Assembly: GCA_038207335.1 (NCBI GenBank)
Contig: JBBQZX010000001.1
Coordinates: 192,001-256,000 of the forward strand
Source of the DNA: Chthoniobacterales bacterium
GTDB lineage: Bacteria; Verrucomicrobiota; Verrucomicrobiia; Chthoniobacterales; Chthoniobacteraceae
Reading direction: 5' to 3'
DNA: 64,000 bases
This document shows, one piece after another, positions 1 to 14,835 of this stretch. Every line of letters starts with the position of its first letter. Within the stretch, counting starts at the first letter, position 1. Position numbers and translations under genes: made by a program. Below the pieces are notes generated by a model. The model made no database searches and was not told the DNA's origin. It saw nothing but the letters and a program-made list of their open reading frames with translations.

Positions 1-22
1 GTTTGCTCTCAACCACAAACCC

Positions 23-808
23 ATGAAAATCGTTGGATTCTTCGCCGGTCTCCTCGCCGCTGCTGCCGTCTGGATCGCCACGCTCGTGTTCCTCGCTCTG
101 CTGCTCGAGTGGACGCCTCTGGCGTACCGCCAATATGGACTCATCGCGCTGGCTGTCGTCATCTTCGGCGGAGCGATCGGCGGCTGGCGCGCTGCGAAAG
201 AAGCGAACGCGGCCGTCGAGCGGGCGTCGCGCCGGGCTGCTCGGAGGCGTGCCGCAAAAGCCGCGGGTGTGATCAAAGTGCTGCGGCAGGAGTCGCAACA
301 GGTGGCGGATCGGCGGCTCATGGAGAAAGATTTGGACACGCGGCTCGAAGGTGCGCGCGAGCTGGCAAAGCAGCTCCCGACTTTCCTCAAAAATGCGGAA
401 ATCGCGCTCGACGATGCGGAGCGCGAGCTGGTGACGCACGGGCTTGTGCCGTTTTGGGAGGCGATCGAGCGGACCGCGGAGCACCTCGCGAATTTCAACG
501 CCGCACTCGAATCGCTCGCGGAGAAATGCCGCCACTATCGGCGCGACGCTACGCGGCTCGCGAGCGCCGTGCCGCCTTTCACGCTGGGACCTGCTGCGCT
601 GCCCGATTTCGCGCCCGCAGCGCGCCGCATGGAGGCGCTGATCGACCGCACGCGCGGCGATTTGGATTTCTCTGCGATCTATGAGTTGCGAAAGGCGGGC
701 GTGATTCCGGCGGCAGGGTTTCTCACGCTGGCGCACGCGATCCACAGCCTGCCGGGAACGCTCGCGCGGTCGGTGGACTCGCTAGCGGAGACGATGACGG
801 CGGCATGA
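23..808 (+). CDS. hypothetical membrane protein (two N-terminal TM helices plus helical/coiled-coil region)
   Basis: 261-aa ORF with ATG start, two hydrophobic segments, then a charged helical region. Confidence 0.65.
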   Translation: MKIVGFFAGLLAAAAVWIATLVFLALLLEWTPLAYRQYGLIALAVVIFGGAIGGWRAAKEANAAVERASRRAARRRAAKAAGVIKVLRQESQQVADRRLMEKDLDTRLEGARELAKQLPTFLKNAEIALDDAERELVTHGLVPFWEAIERTAEHLANFNAALESLAEKCRHYRRDATRLASAVPPFTLGPAALPDFAPAARRMEALIDRTRGDLDFSAIYELRKAGVIPAAGFLTLAHAIHSLPGTLARSVDSLAETMTAA

Positions 809-887
809 TGGGGCGGGCTACCGCCATCCCCTCATCGGCTTGCCTTCCACGCCGGCTCCGCTACCGTCCGCGGCCCTCGCATTTTGG

Positions 888-1562
888 ATGGAAAATAATT
901 CGCAACCTCATCTCGTCGCGCGCGACCTCCGGCGTTCGTTCAAGCTTGCGTCGCGGACGATTGATGTGCTGCGCGGGATCAGCGTGGATGTGAGGCGTGG
1001 CGAGGCGGTTTTCCTGTGCGGAGCATCGGGCGCGGGGAAGACGACACTGCTCTACACGCTCGCTGGTTTGGAGCGACCCGAGTCGGGCACGGTGAGCTTC
1101 GAGGGGCACCAGCTTTACGGCAGTGAATCGGCGGATGCGAAGATTCGCAACGAGCGCGTCGGGTTCGTTTTCCAAGGCTACTTTCTCCTCTCCGAACTCA
1201 CCGCGCTCGAGAACGTCCTGCTGCCGACGATGATCGGCGGGAAGCTCAAGCGCGAGCGCGCGGAGGAAGCGCTGGAGCGCGTCGGGTTGAAGGACCGGTT
1301 GCATCATTTGCCGCCGGAACTCAGCGGCGGCGAGCAGCAGCGTGTGGCCATCGCGCGCGCTCTCATCAACGATCCAACGATCATTTTCGCCGACGAACCG
1401 ACCGGAAATCTCGACTCGAAAACCGGCGAAGGGATCATCGAGTTGCTGCTCGCGCTCGTGAAGCAAAACGGCAAGACACTCGTCGTGGTCACGCACGATG
1501 CGAACCTGGCAGTGCGCGGCGATCGCCGCCTCGAAATTCAGGACGGCTTGCTCGCGAGCTGA
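888..1562 (+). CDS. ABC transporter ATP-binding protein, LolD/MacB-like
   Basis: Walker A GASGAGKT, signature LSGGEQQR, Walker B IIFADEPTGNLD, VTHD; ATG at 888 preferred over TTG at 840. Confidence 0.9.
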   Translation: MENNSQPHLVARDLRRSFKLASRTIDVLRGISVDVRRGEAVFLCGASGAGKTTLLYTLAGLERPESGTVSFEGHQLYGSESADAKIRNERVGFVFQGYFLLSELTALENVLLPTMIGGKLKRERAEEALERVGLKDRLHHLPPELSGGEQQRVAIARALINDPTIIFADEPTGNLDSKTGEGIIELLLALVKQNGKTLVVVTHDANLAVRGDRRLEIQDGLLAS

Positions 1563-1598
1563 GTCTCGGCGAAGCTCACGACCCTTTTACTTTTACGC

Positions 1599-2477
1599 AT
1601 GAAGAGTCTCCAAATTTACATCGACGGCGCGTTTCATCCGGAGGCCGACGCAAAGGTTTCCGTATTCGATCATGGCCTCCTTTACGGCGACGGAATTTTC
1701 GAGGGCATCCGCTTTTACAACGGCCGCGTCTTCAAGCTCGACGAGCATCTCGCGCGGCTCTGGGATTCTGCAAAGGCGATCTGCCTCACGATCCCGCTCA
1801 CGCGCGCGGAGATGGAGGCCGCGACGCTCGCGACCATCCGCGAAAATGGCCTGCGCGACGGATACCTGCGGCTCCTCGTGACGCGCGGCGTCGGCAATCT
1901 CGGCCTCAGCCCGGACCGGTGTAAAGTCGCGTCGGTGATCATCATCGCCGCGACGATCCAGCTTTACCCGGCGGAAAAATACGCAACCGGCATGGAAATG
2001 GTGACGTGCGGCACGCGCCGCTGCTCTCCCGCCGCGCTGAGCCCTGCAGTGAAGTCGCTGAACTACCTCAACAACATCATGGCGAAGATCGAGGCGAACC
2101 ACGCCGGTGCTGATGAGGGCTTGATGTTGAATGAGGAGGGCTACGTCGCGGAATGCACGGGCGACAATATTTTCGCCGTGAAAAATGGCGAGATCACGAC
2201 GCCGCCGATCTCCTCCGGCGCGCTTAAAGGGATCACGCGGCAGGTCGTTTTCGACATTTGCGCGGAGCTCGGAATTCCAATCCGCGAGGCCCAAATGACG
2301 CGCTACGACATCTACACGGCGGACGAATGTTTCCTCACCGGCACGGCGGCGGAAGTCATTGCCGCGATCAAGCTCGACACGCGTGCGCTCGGCGATGGAA
2401 AGCTAGGCCCGATCACCGCGCGCATCGTGGAGAAGTTCCGCGATTTGACGCAGAGCACGGGCACGCCAGTTTACTAG
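1599..2477 (+). CDS. ilvE: branched-chain amino acid aminotransferase (class IV PLP)
   Basis: DHGLLYGDGIFEG, KSLNYLNN (PLP Lys), EGxGxN-like ECTGDN, LKGITR, FLTGTAAE. Confidence 0.93.
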   Translation: MKSLQIYIDGAFHPEADAKVSVFDHGLLYGDGIFEGIRFYNGRVFKLDEHLARLWDSAKAICLTIPLTRAEMEAATLATIRENGLRDGYLRLLVTRGVGNLGLSPDRCKVASVIIIAATIQLYPAEKYATGMEMVTCGTRRCSPAALSPAVKSLNYLNNIMAKIEANHAGADEGLMLNEEGYVAECTGDNIFAVKNGEITTPPISSGALKGITRQVVFDICAELGIPIREAQMTRYDIYTADECFLTGTAAEVIAAIKLDTRALGDGKLGPITARIVEKFRDLTQSTGTPVY

Positions 2478-2483
2478 CCAGCG

Positions 2484-2969
2484 ATGAATTGCGACGTCTG
2501 CAAGCAAAACGCGGCCACCGTTTTCCTGACCCAAATCGTGGACGGGAAAATGCAGAAGGTGAATCTCTGCGAGAGCTGCTCGAAAGAAAAAGGCGTGACC
2601 GATCCGACGGGCTTCGCGCTCGCCGATCTGCTGCTCGGGCTCGGCGCCGCGCAGGAGATGGAACGCGGCGGCACGGTGCAGAAATGCGCCGTCTGCGGCT
2701 TCAGTCAGGCGGACTTCAAAAAGACCGGTCGGCTCGGCTGCAGTGCGTGCTACGAGACGTTCGCGGACGGCTTGGAGGCATTGCTAAAAGGGATGCACAA
2801 AGGCACCGCGCACGTCGGGAAAAAGCCGTCGCGCATCGCGAAGTCTCTCGAAGTCGAGGAGGAGTTGAGGACGCTGAAAAGCGATCTTCAAAAAGCGGTG
2901 AGTGAGGAAAACTACGAGTCCGCCGCGGAACTGCGCGACAAAATCAGGCACCTCGAAGTCCAGGTGTAG
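2484..2969 (+). CDS. mcsA: McsA-like protein (CxxC zinc motifs plus UvrB/UvrC coiled-coil)
   Basis: Four CxxC motifs (CDVC, CESC, CAVC, CSAC), GRLGC, HxGKxP, C-terminal ENYESAAELRDKI. Confidence 0.88.
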   Translation: MNCDVCKQNAATVFLTQIVDGKMQKVNLCESCSKEKGVTDPTGFALADLLLGLGAAQEMERGGTVQKCAVCGFSQADFKKTGRLGCSACYETFADGLEALLKGMHKGTAHVGKKPSRIAKSLEVEEELRTLKSDLQKAVSEENYESAAELRDKIRHLEVQV

Positions 2970-3188
2970 TCGCGAGGTTGCAGGCGGGATCGCCGATCCC
3001 GACTTCTGGCCCACCCCGCGCGACGCTCCCAAGCTCGTTCAGGCGTTCTCCAAAATCCCGGACGCCTGTCTCCCGCAATCACGGATCGAAGCGACGCGCG
3101 AAGCGAGGGCGCGAGTGCCGGGAAAACTAGAGCTTCCAAGACTGGTGAATCCCCATCTGGAGCGTTGAGAACGAGTTCGGAATCCGAC

Positions 3189-3635
3189 CTACAGGTGGGA
3201 TTCGATGGCGCGCGCGTAGGAATCGAGCGTGCGCTCGTAGGTGACGTCGTCGGTGGGGTCGTTTGGATCGGGTCCGAGCGAAAGGATCACAAAGCCGGGA
3301 GGGCCTTTTTCGGAGCGATGGTATTGGAAAGGTCGGCCGAAGGGGTCCGGGAAGATTACATCCGCCAAACGAGGGACGCCGGGAGGCGGATCGATCAAGA
3401 CCGAGAATCCCTCTGCGTTGGTGGGAACTCGGCTAGTCTTGAGGAAGAAAACATAGCACTGGGTGCCGAGCGACATCATCTCGGTCCTGAAATTCGTGTC
3501 GCAGCGGCATCCGTCGAGGGGCGAAAGCGACCGAAGGGCGGCGATGGTGAAATAGAGGCCGCCAATGGCAAAAAGGGCACCAAGGGTGAATAGGTGCAAG
3601 CGGCGAGGAGAAAATGCCGGCATCCGAGAGTGCAT
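3189..3635 (-). CDS. GspG/pseudopilin-like domain protein
   Basis: N-terminal TM helix; C-terminal DPFGRPFQY...ILSLGPD...DD resembles the T2SS-G domain; start uncertain (3635 or 3623). Confidence 0.5.
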   Translation of the reverse strand: MHSRMPAFSPRRLHLFTLGALFAIGGLYFTIAALRSLSPLDGCRCDTNFRTEMMSLGTQCYVFFLKTSRVPTNAEGFSVLIDPPPGVPRLADVIFPDPFGRPFQYHRSEKGPPGFVILSLGPDPNDPTDDVTYERTLDSYARAIESHL

Positions 3636-3688
3636 ATCTCCGAATACGAACGAACCGTCAGGACACAATCGGATTCGTCGCAGCGAGT

Positions 3689-9352
<5,664 letters not shown>

Positions 9353-9486
9353 GAAAAAGGCCGGAAAGCTCGCGCGCCTCGCGGCGATTTGCAACCGGAG
9401 CAACGGAACGCAGCAAATGGGCCGAGCGCTGCTTTTCTGTTTTCCTGCCCCGGCGAATCCGGCACACCGCTCGCGCCCCACGCACC

Positions 9487-10968
9487 GTGCTTTTCAACAG
9501 CCACACTTTCATCTTCGCGTTCCTGCCGGCGACGCTCCTCGGCTTCTTTTTGCTCGGCGGCCGGGGTTGGAATCGCGCGGCTTCGGTCTGGCTCTGCGCG
9601 GCGTCGCTGGTTTTTTACGCGTGGTGGAATCCGACCGGTGACGGCGCGACGTGGAGTCCAAAATATCTGGCGCTCATCGTCGGCTCGATCGTGTGCAACT
9701 ACGTGCTCGGCGTCGCGATCAGCTCGGCAAATGAGCGCGACGCGGTCAGGCGCGCGCGGGGCTTCCTCATCGTCGGCGTGAGCGCGAATCTCGCGCTGCT
9801 CGCGTGGTTCAAATACGCGGCATTTTTCGCGCAAAATGCGAACGCGATGTTCGGCACCCACTGGCAGGTCGGGCGCATCGCGCTGCCGCTCGCGATCTCG
9901 TTCTTCACGTTCACGCAGATCGCTTACCTCGTCGATGCGTGGCACGGCGTGACGCGGGAATTCAACTTCCGCTGGTATTTCCTGTTCGTGAGTTTTTTCC
10001 CGCATCTCATCGCGGGGCCGATCGTGCTGTATCGCAGCCTCATGCCGCAGTTCGCGCGACCGGAAGTGTGGCGTTTCAACGCGGATAATTTCGCGCGCGG
10101 GCTGTCGCTGTTCGTCGCGGGACTTTGCAAGAAAGTCGTCATCGCCGATGCGCTGTCGCCGATTGCGGGCGCAGTTTTCGACAGCGGGAATCCGGGCGCG
10201 GCGACGGCGTGGGCGGGCGCGCTGGCTTACACGCTCCAGCTTTACTTCGACTTCTCCGGCTATTCGGACATGGCGATCGGGCTCGGGCGGATGTTCAACG
10301 TCGCGTTTCCGCAGAACTTCAATTCGCCCTACAAAGCGCGCGACATCATCGACTTTTGGCGGCGCTGGCACATCACGCTTTCGACGTTCCTGCGCGACCA
10401 TCTCTACATCCCGCTCGGTGGAAATCGCAAAGGCCCGGCGCGGCGCTACGTGAATCTCTTTCTCACGATGTTGCTGGGCGGACTGTGGCACGGCGCGGGT
10501 TGGACATTCGTGATCTGGGGCGGGCTGCACGGCATCTATCTCGCGATCAATCATGCGTGGCTACGCGTGACGCGCGGCGCGGCGTGGAGCGAAGCGCGGC
10601 CAGCGCGATTTTTCGGACGCGCGCTCACTCTGCTCGCTGTCGTCGTTGGCTGGGTTTTCTTTCGCGCCGCGTCGGCGGGCGATGCGGTGAAAATACTCGC
10701 CGGGATGGCTGGCGCTCGTGGGATTGGCGGGCTGGGGAGTCTGCAAATATCAGGGTTAGCGATGGTAGCATTCGCGGGCGGCATCGCGCTTTTTGCTCCG
10801 AATACGAACGAGATTTTCGAGCTCGCGCTGCCGGCGAAAGCGCAACCGGAGGCTCCTCGGCCGCGGTGGGTATTGACGCCAATCACGGCCGGCCTCGTCG
10901 CGTGCGCGTTCGTCTTCGCGGTGCTGCATTTGTCGCGGATGACGGAGTTTCTCTACTTCCAGTTCTGA
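9487..10968 (+). CDS. MBOAT family O-acyltransferase (AlgI/DltB-like)
   Basis: MLFNS start, LPLAISFFTF, FFPHLIAGPI, YFDFSGYSDMAIG, FWRRWHITLS, GLWHGA, EFLYFQF end. Confidence 0.93.
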   Translation: MLFNSHTFIFAFLPATLLGFFLLGGRGWNRAASVWLCAASLVFYAWWNPTGDGATWSPKYLALIVGSIVCNYVLGVAISSANERDAVRRARGFLIVGVSANLALLAWFKYAAFFAQNANAMFGTHWQVGRIALPLAISFFTFTQIAYLVDAWHGVTREFNFRWYFLFVSFFPHLIAGPIVLYRSLMPQFARPEVWRFNADNFARGLSLFVAGLCKKVVIADALSPIAGAVFDSGNPGAATAWAGALAYTLQLYFDFSGYSDMAIGLGRMFNVAFPQNFNSPYKARDIIDFWRRWHITLSTFLRDHLYIPLGGNRKGPARRYVNLFLTMLLGGLWHGAGWTFVIWGGLHGIYLAINHAWLRVTRGAAWSEARPARFFGRALTLLAVVVGWVFFRAASAGDAVKILAGMAGARGIGGLGSLQISGLAMVAFAGGIALFAPNTNEIFELALPAKAQPEAPRPRWVLTPITAGLVACAFVFAVLHLSRMTEFLYFQF

Positions 10969-10971
10969 TCC

Positions 10972-12027
10972 GTGAAGCCGATCGCACCCCGCACATTTCT
11001 CGCGTTCGCCGCTGGGCTCGCCGTCGCGCTGCTGGCGGCTGTCGCGTGGATGAATTGGCGCGTCGATCCGCTCCAGTTCTACCGCGCCGCAGCATATCCT
11101 CCGCTGCTTTCCGACGAGGCGCGCTATCAATATCCCGGGCTCGCGAAGCACTGCGATTTCGACACGCTCATCCTCGGGACATCGGTTTCGCTGGGCTTCG
11201 ATCCCACGCATCTGCGAGCCGCTCTGAGCCCGCGGACGCTGAATCTCGCGATGGCAGGAGCGTCGGCGCATGAGCAATCGAAGCTGCTCGGACTTGCGCT
11301 GCGGAGCGGGCGCGTGCGGCATGTCGTTTGGGATTTGAATTACGAGTTTTTCTGCGGCGCGCCGGATTGGACCTCGGACACGGACGGCGTATTCCCGGCG
11401 TATTTCTACGATACGAATCCGTGGAACGAGGTGCCGTATTATCTGCTGAGTCTGGATACGACGAAGAGCGCGCTGCGGGTGCTCTCGGGGCGATACGAGC
11501 GGCGCACGGTCACATCGCTGAGCCGGATGAAGAGCGCACGCAAGCCCAGTGTTGAAGCGGTGCGGCAGGCGTTTGAGCGTGCGCTGAAATCCGGGCGATT
11601 CATTTTCGCGCAGCACCCGGAGGAGTTTGCACCGGAACGCACGCGGGCGAGTTTCGATGCGAATGTGATCGCAGTCGTGAGGGCGCATCCGGACGTGAAG
11701 TTTGACTTGTTTTTTCCGCCGGTATCGGCGGCTTATCACGCGTTGATTCGCGAGACTGCGCCGCATGTGTTCGAGGATGAATTTCGATGGAAGGAATACG
11801 TGGCAACGACTGCTGAAGGGGCGAAAACGTCGAACGTCCGCGTGCATGATTTGCAGGGTATGGAGGCGATCGTGACGGATTTTCGGCGATACGTGGACAC
11901 GGTGCATTTCGATGCGCGGACTCATGACGAGGTGATCGACGCGATCGTCGCGCGGACGCACCTCGCGACTCCGGAGGAATTGAAGACGACGGAGGCATTG
12001 CTGCGGCGTGCGGCGGTGCCGCCGTGA
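10972..12027 (+). CDS. MBOAT partner, SGNH/AlgJ-like periplasmic protein
   Basis: N-terminal TM followed by VDP, LILGTS block I, DTVH (DxxH) motif; starts 3 nt after the MBOAT stop. Confidence 0.7.
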   Translation: MKPIAPRTFLAFAAGLAVALLAAVAWMNWRVDPLQFYRAAAYPPLLSDEARYQYPGLAKHCDFDTLILGTSVSLGFDPTHLRAALSPRTLNLAMAGASAHEQSKLLGLALRSGRVRHVVWDLNYEFFCGAPDWTSDTDGVFPAYFYDTNPWNEVPYYLLSLDTTKSALRVLSGRYERRTVTSLSRMKSARKPSVEAVRQAFERALKSGRFIFAQHPEEFAPERTRASFDANVIAVVRAHPDVKFDLFFPPVSAAYHALIRETAPHVFEDEFRWKEYVATTAEGAKTSNVRVHDLQGMEAIVTDFRRYVDTVHFDARTHDEVIDAIVARTHLATPEELKTTEALLRRAAVPP

Positions 12028-12056
12028 GACGCCCTTCGGCTTTGTGCTACGCCGCT

Positions 12057-13574
12057 CTAATGCGATTCCGGCGTCTTCGGATCGTCGTTGATAATTCGCA
12101 AAATGGCGGATTTCGGACGCACGAAACCGCCGCCAATTGGACGGTCAAGCGTCAGCTTGAGCCTTCCCGTTGATTCGCGAATCGAATTGTCGACAACGGA
12201 AACCTCAATCGTGGCCTCGGTCTGGTTTTCGTCGAAAAAGACTTCACCGTCGTTAGGGGAGAAATCGATCCTACGGCTGGGCGTCAACGAACTGATTGAA
12301 AAGGGGACGCGGAGGATACCCGCTAAATTTCCCTTTCGTCGCACGACTATCGAAGCTGGGCTTGAACCTTCTTTGACCGAATAGGAGAGTTGTTTAAACC
12401 CAGCCGCACGCGGAGGCGTGAGGTTCTTGAAAGTGCTCACGAAGTTACCGAGGCCAAATTTACCTCCCGCGGACAGAACGAGATCGGCATCCCCGTCACC
12501 GTCCAAGTCCACTGCTGCGAGTGCCGCTGGCCGGATGGGACTTTCAAACCGCCGGGCGGTGAAGCCGCCGGTTCGATCATTGGTCAAAAGATCGAAGCCT
12601 CCGGCATTCGATACGCGGGATAAAACAATATCGTTGAATCCGTCACCGTTGAAGTCTCCGACTGAAATATCACTCGCTCCGGGATACCCCTCGAGGTCGA
12701 TCGTTTGAGAAGAAAAGCTGCCGCTGCCATTCCCGAGGAGTACCGAAACCTGAGTAACGTCTCCATCGCAGGCGACGCAAACATCGGGGATTCCATCACC
12801 GTTAAGGTCGCCTACCGACATCTTCGTGGGGCTGTGGCCAGTGTTAAACGCGGCAGCACTTCCGAATGATCCGTCACCACGGCCAAGCAGGACGAGAACC
12901 CGGTCACTTGTGGATGTGAGAAGCAGATCAAGTTTTCCATCATTATTCACATCTCTCAATACGACATCGTTCACTAGGTAGTTCGGCGTCGGTTCGAATC
13001 GAACTCCAGTTGAGAGCCCGCTTCCGTTGCCGAGTAACACGCTGCACGTGCCGTCCGACATTCCTACTACAACATCTGCCTTCCCATCGCCATTGAGGTC
13101 GCCAGCGGAGACAGAGGTTGGCCAAGCATAATCGTATCCGCCAAAGCTCCCGACGTCCGTCGTGGCAAAAGATGCAAATGTCCGACTGCCGGTAGCAAGC
13201 GCTGTCAAAACGCGACCTTTTTCCAAGAGCACGCCACAGGCTGCCACGATGTCAGGCCGACCATCTCCATTGATGTCCGCAGCAGCCGTCGCCCAGACCT
13301 CCCAAGGTTGAAAGTTCAGGTAGCGGCGCACAGGAAAAGCTCCCGCACCGCTGCCGTAAAGGATTTCAACTCCTCCGCCGGCGCGATAGTATCCATAACA
13401 AGATACTACCAAATCTTGGCGACCATCCGTGTCGATGTCGGCGCTTCGGACCAACATCGGATTCGGACCGGTGCGGTTGTTCGACCCCTTACCAAAAAGT
13501 TTCGGCTCTGCGTGCGCGGAGAGGCTCAAGACGGACGAAGCAGCGAGCGCGAGAATTCCGGGGAGTTTCCCCAT
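12057..13574 (-). CDS. secreted FG-GAP/VCBS-repeat protein with C-terminal Calx-beta domain
   Basis: Signal peptide; about seven DxxxDGxxD motifs (DINGDGRPD, DLNGDGKAD, DVNNDGKLD, DFNGDGFND); C-terminal YSVKEG...VVDNSIRE...IINDD. Confidence 0.85.
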   Translation of the reverse strand: MGKLPGILALAASSVLSLSAHAEPKLFGKGSNNRTGPNPMLVRSADIDTDGRQDLVVSCYGYYRAGGGVEILYGSGAGAFPVRRYLNFQPWEVWATAAADINGDGRPDIVAACGVLLEKGRVLTALATGSRTFASFATTDVGSFGGYDYAWPTSVSAGDLNGDGKADVVVGMSDGTCSVLLGNGSGLSTGVRFEPTPNYLVNDVVLRDVNNDGKLDLLLTSTSDRVLVLLGRGDGSFGSAAAFNTGHSPTKMSVGDLNGDGIPDVCVACDGDVTQVSVLLGNGSGSFSSQTIDLEGYPGASDISVGDFNGDGFNDIVLSRVSNAGGFDLLTNDRTGGFTARRFESPIRPAALAAVDLDGDGDADLVLSAGGKFGLGNFVSTFKNLTPPRAAGFKQLSYSVKEGSSPASIVVRRKGNLAGILRVPFSISSLTPSRRIDFSPNDGEVFFDENQTEATIEVSVVDNSIRESTGRLKLTLDRPIGGGFVRPKSAILRIINDDPKTPESH

Positions 13575-13710
13575 GACGTTGAGCGAAAAGAAAGTCAGGC
13601 GTTGAAGCGATCTATTCTTTGACCGCTGAGGGAACGAAAACGGCGCAAATTCATTCGCTCGACTTTTCCGGTGCTGGCACGTAGCGATTCGGATTTATTA
13701 CAATCCCACT

Positions 13711-14664
13711 ATGAACAAATTCATTCGCCCCCTCGCTTCGACCTTCGCCATCGTGCTCGCCGCTTCGTCTGCTTTTGCCGCGGACACGGTCACTTTGAAA
13801 CAGCAGTGGCAGGTCGGGAAGAGTTACTCGCAGACGATGACGATGGATCAGTCCACGAGCATCACGATGGGCGAGACGAAGATGGACCAGAAGATGAACA
13901 TGGTCGCGGAGATGACCTCCAAGGTGACGAAGCGCGAGGACGGGAAGGGCAAGCGGATCGCGATCAAATACGATCGGATGGTGATGAACACGGAGATGGC
14001 GGGGCAGAAGATGACGATCGACTCGAGCAAGCCGGCGGCTGAGGCCGGGCCGATGGGAAATCCTTTCGCAGCGTTCACGGGGAAGGAAATCAAGATGCTC
14101 CTCGATGAAAACGACAAGGTGACGGACTTCGAGAATTTCGACGAAATCGCGAAGGCTGCTGGCGGCGGGAATCCAATGACGTCGGCCTTTCTAAACAAAG
14201 AGTCGATCAGCCGCACGGTGGAGCAGAGCGCGTTGCAGGCGCTGCCGACGAAGCCGGTGTCGGCTGGGGAGTCGTGGCCATTCAGCGTGGAGATGCCGTT
14301 GGCGGGCGTGGGCAAAGGCGACGTGAAAGGGACTTACACGTATAAAGGCACGAAGCCGCACGATGGGGTGCCGTGCGCGGAGATCGCGGTGGATGCGAAG
14401 ATCAATTTCGACATGAGCGAGGCGGCTAATGCGAAGCCCGGCGCGGCTCCGAACCCGATGGCGGCGATGGGGATGAAGATCGAGAATGGGACGATGACGG
14501 GGACAATTTGGTTCGACAATGCGCTCGGCATGGCGCGCGGCTCGGAGCTGCAGCAGAAGATGACGATGACGATGAAGAATCCGGTGAAACCGGATGAGTC
14601 GATGTCGCTGCCGATGAAGCAGAACATCTCGACGAAGCTGACGAAGGTCGAAGACGTGAAGTAA
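13711..14664 (+). CDS. secreted Met/Thr-rich hypothetical protein (DUF6263-like)
   Basis: Signal peptide ending AFA; LPTKPVSAGESW motif; beta-rich pattern. Confidence 0.65.
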   Translation: MNKFIRPLASTFAIVLAASSAFAADTVTLKQQWQVGKSYSQTMTMDQSTSITMGETKMDQKMNMVAEMTSKVTKREDGKGKRIAIKYDRMVMNTEMAGQKMTIDSSKPAAEAGPMGNPFAAFTGKEIKMLLDENDKVTDFENFDEIAKAAGGGNPMTSAFLNKESISRTVEQSALQALPTKPVSAGESWPFSVEMPLAGVGKGDVKGTYTYKGTKPHDGVPCAEIAVDAKINFDMSEAANAKPGAAPNPMAAMGMKIENGTMTGTIWFDNALGMARGSELQQKMTMTMKNPVKPDESMSLPMKQNISTKLTKVEDVK

Positions 14665-14675
14665 GGGTGGGGGAA

Positions 14676-14809
14676 AACCGTGGATTGCGCGGATGACGCG
14701 GATTATTGGGTCGAAAAGAGGACGGGATTTTTACCGCGGAGACCTCGGCGTCTCGGCGGTTTAGGCTCTTTCCTGATTCCCATCCGCGACACCCGCGAAA
14801 TCCGCGGTT
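14676..14809. repeat. nested inverted-repeat (REP-like) element between convergent genes; possible bidirectional terminator
   Basis: Arms 14676-14703 and 14782-14809 match 24/28 as reverse complements; inner hairpin ACCGCGGAGAC...GTCTCGGCGGT at 14733-14760. Confidence 0.75.
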
Positions 14810-14835
14810 CCGATTCGGTGTGAGCTGACCGGGCG

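Noticed and set aside
9353..9481. Upstream extension of uvrA, and similar extensions of adk, lrp, fmt, udg, esterase and arsS
   Set aside because: Family homology begins at downstream starts; the extensions overlap neighbours or promoter space
13674..13690. CTGGCAC as a sigma-54 -24 element
   Set aside because: No TTGC -12 element at the required spacing
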